A stretch of 35,973 nucleotides of DNA from Oxalobacteraceae bacterium (lineage in GTDB: Bacteria; Pseudomonadota; Gammaproteobacteria; Burkholderiales; Burkholderiaceae_D). Both the position numbers and the translations under genes were made by a program. Shown piece by piece: positions 1-7,653 of the stretch (the stretch's first letter is position 1; the number at the start of each line of letters is the position of its first letter). Below the pieces are notes generated by a model. That model did no database searches. It worked only from the letters and a program-made list of their open reading frames with translations, and was not told the DNA's origin. The DNA is taken from the NCBI GenBank assembly GCA_003132085.1, contig PKWO01000089.1, positions 16,941 through 52,913 of the forward strand, in the 5' to 3' direction.

Positions 1-1
1 T

Positions 2-661
2 GTCAACTATCAACTCGCCGGCCACCAAATCGGCACTTGGATGGCTGAGCAAATCGGCAAAAAAGGTAACGTGCTTGTGGTGGAAGGAATTCCGGGAACA
101 TCCGGATCAGACTCGCAGGACCGCGGCGTAAAGTCGGGACTTGCAGCCTATCCCGACGTGAAGATCGTCGGTGATGTTGCCGGCATGTGGACCGATCAGG
201 TTGCCCAGGCCGAAGTCCAGAAGTGGCTTGCCACCCATCCGGGTCAGTTGGATGGGATCGTCGTGCAGTCTGCAGCTGAGCTTGGCGTCTTGCGGGCGAT
301 GCAGCAATCCAACCGTCCGATGGTTCCGATTGCGATCGGTGGCGAGAGTGGAGCGCTGTGTTATTGGCGCAAACATCCCACGTTCGTTAGCGCCGCAATT
401 CAGACATGGCCGCCCGGCGACGACGTGGAGCTAATGTGGAACATCATGATTCGCACCTTGGAAGGTCAAGGTCCGAAGACGCAATCAATATTGGTCGATC
501 CAGTCAAGCTCACTATCGATGATATCAACAAGGCCATACCCGACAAGTGCAGCGAGGATTCGGACAAGTGGCTAAACGTCGGAACGGCCAAGTGGGGCAG
601 CAAGACCTATCTGGATCAGTTCTTCCTGCGTCCAGCCGATCCAGAGAAGTTTAAGCATTAA
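2..661 (+). CDS. Periplasmic sugar-type ABC substrate-binding protein, 5' end cut by the window edge
   Basis: The reading frame is open from nt 2, with no stop before the ATG at 41. The translation (GNVLVVEGIPGTSGSDSQDRGVKSGL...DGIVVQSAAELGVLRAMQQ) looks like the second lobe of Peripla_BP/LacI-type sugar-binding proteins. It is followed on the same strand by a double ATPase and two permeases. Confidence 0.7.
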   Translation, partial: VNYQLAGHQIGTWMAEQIGKKGNVLVVEGIPGTSGSDSQDRGVKSGLAAYPDVKIVGDVAGMWTDQVAQAEVQKWLATHPGQLDGIVVQSAAELGVLRAMQQSNRPMVPIAIGGESGALCYWRKHPTFVSAAIQTWPPGDDVELMWNIMIRTLEGQGPKTQSILVDPVKLTIDDINKAIPDKCSEDSDKWLNVGTAKWGSKTYLDQFFLRPADPEKFKH

Positions 662-735
662 CTCTCTTCCAAAACCAAAAGGCCGAGCGTAATTTAATTT
701 TGCCGCTCGGCGTGCTGAAATGGAGGAAGGATCAA

Positions 736-780
736 ATGATGCTTTTTCCCTGGCAAGTAAATCAGTATTCAATCAGGTAA
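736..780 (+). other. Candidate 14-codon leader-type mini-ORF (MMLFPWQVNQYSIR)
   Basis: GGAGGAAGG at 722-730 lies 5 nt before ATGATG at 736. The stop TAA is at 778-780, 2 nt before the stem-loop at 783-808. It could be a chance ORF. Confidence 0.2.
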
Positions 781-782
781 AC

Positions 783-808
783 CGGGCAACGCCACAAGGT
801 GTTGCCCG
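783..808 (+). promoter_or_regulatory. Stable GC-rich stem-loop in the binding-protein/ATPase spacer (candidate mRNA stabiliser or attenuator)
   Basis: cgggcaacgcc / acaa / ggtgttgcccg forms an 11-bp stem (one G-U pair) with a 4-nt loop. No U-run follows on the + strand. A weaker 8-bp hairpin lies at 682-689/704-711. Confidence 0.4.
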
Positions 809-991
809 AGGCTACCTACACACAACAGAATTGAAGCATGATGACTTGATCGCGTGGACCGGATGAGCAATTTCACCAGATCCAACAATGGAATATTCCG
901 GCATAACGATCAGCACCCGTCGCGCTGAATTTTTGTAAATAACTCTTAATGGTAAGGCCTCCTCGGAGTCCGATTATATGAACAACTTGAC

Positions 992-3499
992 TTGTTTGCT
1001 GGGATGTCGTTGCCTGTCGCACCACATGGCGCGACCGATAGCGCTCCACAAACAAACCTTTGCAGCACAATCAGTACTGTTCAATTCTTAACCGATACAA
1101 CCGTGACTACCGATAACCTTTCGCGTCCCCAGATAGAAGGTGCCACAGAGCATGCCTCGGCGGTGCCTGTTGCCACTGCAGGCGGCATCGCCGTTTCGGG
1201 TGTGCATAAATCTTTTGACGTGACGAAAGCACTCAATGGCGTCACGTTTAGCGCGTCGTTAGGTGAAATTCACGCGATCGTAGGAGGTAACGGATGCGGA
1301 AAGAGCACTTTGGCGAAAGTTATTTCGGGTGTAATCCCAATCGATGCTGGCCAGGTATCGGTCCTTGGTCACACGCCAACCACACCGCACGAGGCGCGAG
1401 CGCATGGAATTGCCACCGTCTTTCAGGAAGTGTTGGTCGCAGATGAATGTTCGATTGTCGAAAATCTATTTCTTGGCTCGGACAGTCTGTTGTCACGGTC
1501 CTTGCCGACCATGGAGAAGCTCAAGGCCGCAAAATTGCTGATGGCCGAATTGACGGGCGAAGCGATCGATCCTGAAACCCTGGTCGGGACGCTACCTCTC
1601 GGCATCAAACAGTGGATCACGATTGGCCGTGCGCTCTTAACCAAGCCAAAGGTGCTGATTTTAGACGAATCATCTGCTGCTCTTGATCTCGATTCAACCG
1701 AAAGGCTCTTCGCGAAGATGCGCGAATTGCGTGATCAGGGATCGGCCATCATTATCGTAACGCATCGAATCGCCGAACTGATCCGCATTTCCGATAGAGC
1801 CACCGTTCTTAGGGACGGTCGAGATGTCGGAGTGCTCGAAAAAAAAGACATCACTGAAAAGAATCTGCTAAGGCTAATGACAGGCAAGGAAGAAACGCAT
1901 GCAATATCGCGCTCCGCAGTTGAAAAGGTTCTGCATGCAGAAGTTGTATTGAAGGCAGAAAATCTGAAAATTTGGCCGAGCAGCAAAGAAATCGATTTTC
2001 GTCTCCACAAGGGTGAGATATTAGGAATTGCAGGACTTGATGGTCAAGGACAGAGCGAATTCGTCCGAATCCTGGCAGGTGTTGATAAGGCGATTCACTC
2101 TGAGCCGATGGTGGCGCGTCGCACTGGAGGCTACGCCAACATCATGGGTCTCGTCGATGCGGTCGAATATGGTGTCTCCTATGTCTCAGGCGATAGAAAG
2201 CGCGAAGGGATTTTCGCGAATCTGAGTATCTTCGAAAACCTGCTGATGCCGCTGTACCGGCGCAAGGCAAGAGGCGGAAAACTTGGGATTATCGACTGGA
2301 GCGTGTTGTCAGGCGTGTTTGATTGGGAGGTGGAGCGGCTCTCTATAAGAATGGGCGATCGCAGCAACAAGATCACGTCACTTAGCGGCGGCAATCAACA
2401 GAAAGTGCTGATCGGACGAGCATTTGCCTTGAATCCCAACATCCTCGTTCTCAACGACCCTGCGCGCGGCATTGATGTCGGTGCAAAAGGCGAGCTATAT
2501 GGTCACTTGAAAGACTTTGCAGCGACGGGAAAATCTGTTGTCTACATGTCTAGCGAGATTGAGGAGTTCGTCGGTTTCTGCTCGCGTGTGATCGTGTTCC
2601 GGAACGGCAGTATTTTTGATGAATTTTCCGGCAGCGAGATTGAGCCGGCTGGCATTCTTGAAGCAATGTTTGGACAGGCCAGAGGATTGAAACATTACCA
2701 AGCCGATGTGGAGCCTGGGAAAGGGACAGACAGCATGAAGATCGTGGAATTCAATAAAGATAATAATGATTCAGGCCTGAGTGACAAGAACTCATGGAAA
2801 TCGGCAAAGAGCGCCTATCCGCAATATGACGCCGGCGTAAAAACATCGGCCAACGCGCCTGGCGCTATGCCAAGCAGACCCGAGCTGAGTTCTATCCCAA
2901 GCAAAGCAAATAGCTTGGTCGAGGTTGATAAAAACTCTTGGAAATCGGCGAAAAGTGCCTATCCGCAGTTTGATATAGATGAAAGGACATCGCGGAATGA
3001 ACCTGAATTTTCCCATCAAGGCCCTGCGCAAAGAACAGCAGGTTCAGGAAATTTTCCGAGCAAAGAAAACAATAATTCTGACGTAAGCGATAAGCATTCG
3101 TGGAAATCCGCTAAAAGCGCGTACCCGCAGTTTGATTCTGCCGCAACGCCATTAGGAAACGCGCAAAATGTTGCGTATCAAGATTCCGCCGAAAGAAGGA
3201 ACGGGCAAAGTAGTGCGCCGAGCCTAGGTGACCAGAACTCCCGGTCCGGCTTGCTGGGAAATTCAGGGAAGACCGACGAACGTGCAAGTGGCGGCATTGG
3301 GAACATCAAGATTGTCGAGTTCGACAAACCGCCCGTCTACAACAATGCCAGTAGCAGCGCGAAGCAGCGCGAGCGCATCGAAGCCGATGATTTCAACGAA
3401 AAGGTAAAATATGAAAGCGCTATCGGGCGCGATGCCCAACGCGGACACATCAAGATCGTTGAATTCGACAATCTGAGCAGTAAGCGGACGAAAGCATGA
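992..3499 (+). CDS. Sugar-type (CUT2) ABC transporter ATP-binding protein with two fused nucleotide-binding domains and a ~265-aa non-ATPase C-terminal extension
   Basis: NBD1 has Walker A GGNGCGKST and Walker B VLILDESSAALD. NBD2 has the degenerate P-loop GLDGQGQSE typical of RbsA/MglA-like proteins, the signature LSGGNQQK and Walker B ILVLNDPARGID. The start is uncertain (TTG 992, ATG 1004 or GTG 1105), and none has a clear SD. The ATPase part ends near aa 565-570. Confidence 0.85.
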   Translation: MFAGMSLPVAPHGATDSAPQTNLCSTISTVQFLTDTTVTTDNLSRPQIEGATEHASAVPVATAGGIAVSGVHKSFDVTKALNGVTFSASLGEIHAIVGGNGCGKSTLAKVISGVIPIDAGQVSVLGHTPTTPHEARAHGIATVFQEVLVADECSIVENLFLGSDSLLSRSLPTMEKLKAAKLLMAELTGEAIDPETLVGTLPLGIKQWITIGRALLTKPKVLILDESSAALDLDSTERLFAKMRELRDQGSAIIIVTHRIAELIRISDRATVLRDGRDVGVLEKKDITEKNLLRLMTGKEETHAISRSAVEKVLHAEVVLKAENLKIWPSSKEIDFRLHKGEILGIAGLDGQGQSEFVRILAGVDKAIHSEPMVARRTGGYANIMGLVDAVEYGVSYVSGDRKREGIFANLSIFENLLMPLYRRKARGGKLGIIDWSVLSGVFDWEVERLSIRMGDRSNKITSLSGGNQQKVLIGRAFALNPNILVLNDPARGIDVGAKGELYGHLKDFAATGKSVVYMSSEIEEFVGFCSRVIVFRNGSIFDEFSGSEIEPAGILEAMFGQARGLKHYQADVEPGKGTDSMKIVEFNKDNNDSGLSDKNSWKSAKSAYPQYDAGVKTSANAPGAMPSRPELSSIPSKANSLVEVDKNSWKSAKSAYPQFDIDERTSRNEPEFSHQGPAQRTAGSGNFPSKENNNSDVSDKHSWKSAKSAYPQFDSAATPLGNAQNVAYQDSAERRNGQSSAPSLGDQNSRSGLLGNSGKTDERASGGIGNIKIVEFDKPPVYNNASSSAKQRERIEADDFNEKVKYESAIGRDAQRGHIKIVEFDNLSSKRTKA
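2789..3136 (+). repeat. Three in-frame 42-nt imperfect direct repeats encoding [N/H]SWKSAKSAYPQ[Y/F]D
   Basis: The copies are at 2789-2830, 2933-2974 and 3095-3136. The peptide is nearly identical in all three, but codons differ at third positions (TCA/TCT/TCG, GCA/GCG/GCT, AGC/AGT/AGC, TAT/TAT/TAC, CAA/CAG/CAG, GAC/GAT/GAT). A second triplicated motif, KIVEF[N/D], is at 2738-2752, 3308-3322 and 3452-3466. Confidence 0.9.
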
Positions 3500-3550
3500 T
3501 GATCATGAATTCACGCACTTTTCACAATTTTACATCGACGGTGAGCGAAC

Positions 3551-5263
3551 TTGGCTGAGGTCAGTGTGAAAGCACCATCTTCGTCGACCAACATGTATCT
3601 GTTGGTCCCGATTCTATTGCTTTTCCTTTTACTCATCGTAGCTGTGCTCAGAAGCCCCAATCTGATTTCTAGTGCCGGTATCGGCAGCGCCATCATCGTG
3701 ATGACGCCTCTCGCGCTGGCAACTTATGCTCTGATGGCAGTTGCGATCGCTGGACGCGGGACGGTGGATCTCTCTGTCGGCCCCCTGATTGGCTTTATCA
3801 ACGTGACTCTGGTGCAGCTGTACGGAGCAGATTTCATCACTTCGCCCCTCGCGTTCTTTGCGTATGCGATTGCAGTGGGTATCGCATATCATCTGATTAT
3901 GGGGCTGATCATCGTCTTTGTCCGGGTTCAACCGATCATCGTTTCGCTTAGCGGCTACCTGGCGCTCTCCGGCTTGAATCTCGTCATTCTGCCGCGACCG
4001 GGCGGAAGTGCACCAGAATGGATGCTACCTTGGGGTCTCGGGACATCGATTTTTTCCCCGATACTGGTTATTCTGGTCCTTAGTACAGGCGGCTGGCTGT
4101 TATTTACCAGAACCGCTTTTTATGGGCATTTGCGATTGATGGGGTCGGACGAGCGGTCTGCCTATACCAGCGGTGTCAGGATTTACATCGTACGTCTCGG
4201 CGCACACTGCATTTCCGGCATCTTTAGCGCACTCGCGGCGTTGACGTTTACCGCACTGATCGGTTCCGGCGATCCGACGCAGGGTACCACCTACACGCTG
4301 ATCGCAGTAACCGCCCTTGTATTGGGCGGCACCAGTCTTGCCGGCGGTCGCGGCGGTGTAATTGGGTCGCTGTTAGGCGCAGTGAACATTTTTCTCATTG
4401 GTTATGTGCTGGCGACGTTCAGCTTCGGGACGGTGCAGGGATTCGTGACAGACCTCGCCTACGGCTTCATCCTCGTGATCTCGTTGCTATTGACGGTTGC
4501 GCTGCCGTACCTTCAGTCACGTATCCGAAATGTTTCACCGTTTCTGGTTTTCGTGGTCCTCTCGCTTCTGTTTATGGGCGTGATTCTTCACGCGACTTAC
4601 GATTACTCGAAGCCTGCGCCTGTGGTGACAGTTGCAACGGTGGTGCCTCAAGCTGAGGCCACTGTGAGTGTGGACGAGGCGACCACTACTACCCCGCCGG
4701 TAACCGAAAACTTGGCTCCAGTTGCGACTGCAACGGAAGCGCCAGTTCTAACGACTGACATTGCGACGACAGCTCAAACACAAACTATGGCACCAGCTCC
4801 AATTACAGAAAACGCGACAACTACTGCGCCCGACTCAGCAAAGGCGACTCCAGCGGAGGCAGCCATTCCCTCCGCTGCTGAGGCAGCGACCAAGTCCCCT
4901 GCTCCGGCTCCTGGCGCAGCTATCTTACTAGCTCCCGCCGCGCCGATTGTGGCGACAGAGAATTGGGCGGCCTCCAGCGGATTCATCTTTGAAAAAATCG
5001 AAGATCAGCAAGGAATTGGCAAGTCGGAATATGCCAGACCGGTCACCTTTGCGTCGATAATAATGATTTCCCTGTTGATCCTGGCTAGGGCCATCGTGTC
5101 CCAGACCATGAAGCGCAAGATGACCGCGCTCATTTGGGTCATCATTACGGTTCTATTAGCATTGGGCGTCTACGTTCTGGCGACCTGGATGGTTGAACGA
5201 TCACCGCCTAGTTCCGGAGGTCGGTCTTCCCCATCTTCCACCGCAACCGGAGTCCAGTCATGA
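3551..5263 (+). CDS. ABC sugar permease (RbsC/BPD_transp_2 type) with a Thr/Ala/Pro-rich C-terminal extension and two extra predicted TM helices
   Basis: The multi-TM core contains GRGTVDLSVGPLIGF and GGTSLAGGRGGVIGS motifs typical of ribose-type permeases. The low-complexity TAP-rich stretch is at about 4610-4960. It is followed by the hydrophobic segments FASIIMISLLILARAIV and ALIWVIITVLLALGVYVLATWMV. The start could be TTG 3551 or ATG 3593. Confidence 0.8.
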   Translation: MAEVSVKAPSSSTNMYLLVPILLLFLLLIVAVLRSPNLISSAGIGSAIIVMTPLALATYALMAVAIAGRGTVDLSVGPLIGFINVTLVQLYGADFITSPLAFFAYAIAVGIAYHLIMGLIIVFVRVQPIIVSLSGYLALSGLNLVILPRPGGSAPEWMLPWGLGTSIFSPILVILVLSTGGWLLFTRTAFYGHLRLMGSDERSAYTSGVRIYIVRLGAHCISGIFSALAALTFTALIGSGDPTQGTTYTLIAVTALVLGGTSLAGGRGGVIGSLLGAVNIFLIGYVLATFSFGTVQGFVTDLAYGFILVISLLLTVALPYLQSRIRNVSPFLVFVVLSLLFMGVILHATYDYSKPAPVVTVATVVPQAEATVSVDEATTTTPPVTENLAPVATATEAPVLTTDIATTAQTQTMAPAPITENATTTAPDSAKATPAEAAIPSAAEAATKSPAPAPGAAILLAPAAPIVATENWAASSGFIFEKIEDQQGIGKSEYARPVTFASIIMISLLILARAIVSQTMKRKMTALIWVIITVLLALGVYVLATWMVERSPPSSGGRSSPSSTATGVQS

Positions 5264-6633
5264 ACAAGTCGACTGTACCAGCACTCAAATGGGTCGGATT
5301 GGTACTAGCAGTGCTCATTTCCGGCCTAGGAGCCGGCCTCGGATTCTGGCAGAGAGTTCCTGCACAGTACGTAATTTTTTACGCCGCAGCGACATTTGCG
5401 TTGGTTGTATGGGTATGGAATAGCTACCTGCCGCGTTGGAGCGGTGACGCCGATGAGGCTGGTGCCAAAGGTGTAGGCCGGCGTGGGCGCAACGGCTTCA
5501 AAACCTTCCTGGTACGCTTCCGTTCCATCCTCGCTAGTTTGGTTCTGCTGGTGGCCGCATTCTTGATCGCCTCGGTGACAGTGACGGGATTTTTCTCGCT
5601 GATGAACGTCATCACCTTTTTGATTCTCGCGGCCCTCATCATTTTCGCCACACTGGTAAGCAAGCTATTTGTCGACAACCGGAGCGCCTTCATTGGGCTT
5701 ACCGTGCTCATCGGTATGTTCGCCATTGGATCCCTTAACATAGACGGCTTTTTTTCGACCGCAAACGTCAAATCGATGCTGGTGTTCGCATCATTTCTCG
5801 GCATTGCCTGCATTGGCCAGACGTTGGTGGCGCTACTGGGTGGACTGGATCTGTCGATTCCGTTTGTCATCGGATCGTCAAATGTTGGTTTGCTCTATCT
5901 GCTAGGGCTAGGTGTCCCATCTTGGCTCGGCGTCGTCATCATTCTTATTCTGGGTGCTGGTATCGGTTTCATCAATGGCATCCTCAGCTTTAGATTGCAG
6001 GGGCAGGCCTTGATCTTGACTTTGGGCGTCGGATTTGCGATTTCCGGCGGAACGCAAATACTGACTAGCATTGGTACCGCATACGGGGGCAACGTGTTCG
6101 GAGCGGTGCCGGACTGGCTAAAGAACCTGGCGGCAATGAACGGCAGCACGTTTGGCCTGGACGTTCCACCGGTTATTTTCATCTGGATAATATTAGCCGC
6201 GGTCCTGATCTACGCCATGAAGAATTCAGTCTATGGACGTTATATGTATGGGCTCGGAGGCAACCGTACCTCGGCACAAAGGTTGTCGATCTCGGAGCGT
6301 CGGTACTGGGTCGGTGCGTTCGCCATCAGCGGCTGTGTCTCCGCCTTCACCGGCGCACTATTGCTGGGTTGGAGCGGCGGCGGCTTTATCGGTGTTGGCC
6401 AACCCTATCTGTTCATGACGTTGGCTGCTGTCGTGATCGGCGGTACGTCCTTGCTCGGCGGCTATGGCGGCTATGGGTTTACCGTCATTGGCGTCCTCGT
6501 GCTTCAGGTGCTTACATCGTTTCTGATCGGTATAGGTCTTAAGTATGAATGGCAACAATTCATCTTTGGCATTCTGATCCTGCCAATGGTGGCCTTGTAT
6601 GCGCGCTCACCGCATATCCGCACCCAGATTTGA
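5260..6633 (+). CDS. Second ABC sugar permease (RbsC type) with an ~85-aa N-terminal extension carrying extra TM helices
   Basis: It overlaps the upstream permease by ATGA (5260-5263). The core contains LLGGLDLSIPFVIGSS and IGGTSLLGGYGGYG motifs. The N-terminal segments WVGLVLAVLISGLGAGLGFW and YVIFYAAATFALVVWVW precede the canonical permease start. Confidence 0.8.
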   Translation: MNKSTVPALKWVGLVLAVLISGLGAGLGFWQRVPAQYVIFYAAATFALVVWVWNSYLPRWSGDADEAGAKGVGRRGRNGFKTFLVRFRSILASLVLLVAAFLIASVTVTGFFSLMNVITFLILAALIIFATLVSKLFVDNRSAFIGLTVLIGMFAIGSLNIDGFFSTANVKSMLVFASFLGIACIGQTLVALLGGLDLSIPFVIGSSNVGLLYLLGLGVPSWLGVVIILILGAGIGFINGILSFRLQGQALILTLGVGFAISGGTQILTSIGTAYGGNVFGAVPDWLKNLAAMNGSTFGLDVPPVIFIWIILAAVLIYAMKNSVYGRYMYGLGGNRTSAQRLSISERRYWVGAFAISGCVSAFTGALLLGWSGGGFIGVGQPYLFMTLAAVVIGGTSLLGGYGGYGFTVIGVLVLQVLTSFLIGIGLKYEWQQFIFGILILPMVALYARSPHIRTQI

Positions 6634-6797
6634 GCGATATGAAACTAATTGCAAATTTGGACATAAACTAAAAAATTCATTGAAATCAATCATGATAAAA
6701 AATAGAGAAACGTCGTCAGAAGGTTTAAATAGCGGACAAATAGAGCGACGTGAGTTTGCGGTTGCAGCGTCAGTCCAATATAAATTTGGAGTGTCTT

Positions 6798-7499
6798 ATG
6801 AGTACTAAATTACTTCAGGCTACCGATGTGGCAAGCGGCACATTTTTGCTTGTTTTCACCGGAATGGTTGCTGCGACCGTATTGCTCATTATGGGGACTG
6901 CGTGGGTCTCAAGGAGGTGGAAGCTTCCGGTCGCTCTATCTGGCATCGTTACGTTGGTTGCGGCGATGTATTACTTCTATGTTAGCAATATCTGGATAGA
7001 GTCAGGGCAAATGCCGATCGTCTATCGCTATATCGATTGGTTCATTACCATTCCGCTGCAGGTGGTGACGCTTTACTTCTTCATCAGAGTCATCTCGTCA
7101 CTATCAACCTGGCTATTTTGGCGCCTGCTGGTGGTCTCTGTGGTGATGGTGCTTGCGAGATATATGGGGGAAGCTGGTCTCATGCATCCTACATTGGGTT
7201 TTCTGATTGGCCTTATTTCCTGGCTCTATATACTGGGCGAGGCGTTCTTTGGCCGGCTTGGCGAGCTTAGCGCAAAGAGTTCCAACTACGCCGTGCACAC
7301 AGGTTTTTTCTGGTTGCGCTTAATCGTAACGGTCGGCTGGGCGATTTACCCATTGTGTTACTTCATCGCGGGCTTTGCGGGCGGGGTTGAGGTACAGAAG
7401 TTGAACATCGTCTACAACTTGTCTGACTTTGTAAATCAGATTGCGTTTGGATTGGTGATATTGACGACTGCAATGAAAGACTCGGCGTCCTCAAAATGA
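6798..7499 (+). CDS. Microbial rhodopsin (proteorhodopsin/xanthorhodopsin-like) homolog lacking the Schiff-base lysine (Gln214), 233 aa
   Basis: There are seven hydrophobic segments. Helix C reads YRYIDWFITIPLQVVTLYF (compare proteorhodopsin (PR) FRYIDWLLTVPLLICEFYL). Helix D reads LLVVSVVMVLARYMGEAGLM. Helix F reads VGWAIYPLCYF. Helix G reads VYNLSDFVNQIAFGLVIL (compare PR IYNLADFVNKILFGLIIW). GGAG at 6788-6791 lies 6 nt before ATG 6798. The GTG at 6750 in the ORF track adds 16 non-homologous residues and has no SD. Confidence 0.85.
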   Translation: MSTKLLQATDVASGTFLLVFTGMVAATVLLIMGTAWVSRRWKLPVALSGIVTLVAAMYYFYVSNIWIESGQMPIVYRYIDWFITIPLQVVTLYFFIRVISSLSTWLFWRLLVVSVVMVLARYMGEAGLMHPTLGFLIGLISWLYILGEAFFGRLGELSAKSSNYAVHTGFFWLRLIVTVGWAIYPLCYFIAGFAGGVEVQKLNIVYNLSDFVNQIAFGLVILTTAMKDSASSK

Positions 7500-7521
7500 A
7501 GCTATCGATGATTCTACAGCA

Positions 7522-7547
7522 GATGAAACGCCTGCAATCGTTTCGTC
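7522..7547 (+). terminator. Weak terminator-like hairpin after the opsin gene
   Basis: gatgaaacg / cctgcaat / cgtttcgtc forms a 9-bp stem (one G-U pair) with an 8-nt loop, followed by aatttaag. The U tract is poor, so at best this is a partial terminator. Confidence 0.3.
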
Positions 7548-7653
7548 AATTTAAGAGCATGACACGGACCGTCTCTGAAGCGACCCGGCATGAAATATAC
7601 GCGAATGCGCAGGCAACGGCGCTAACTTTGAAACTGGTTTGGAGGGTTAAGGC

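Noticed and set aside
2789-3136. Regularly spaced 42-nt repeats as a possible CRISPR array or minisatellite
   Set aside because: There are only three copies, and they are imperfect. They are in-frame inside a long ORF, with unequal periods (144 and 162 nt) and mainly synonymous differences. These are coding peptide repeats.
6750-6797. GTG start at 6750 given by the ORF track for the opsin gene
   Set aside because: The extra 16 residues (MSLRLQRQSNINLECL) have no counterpart in rhodopsins and no SD. ATG 6798 has GGAG 6 nt upstream and gives a normal helix-A start.
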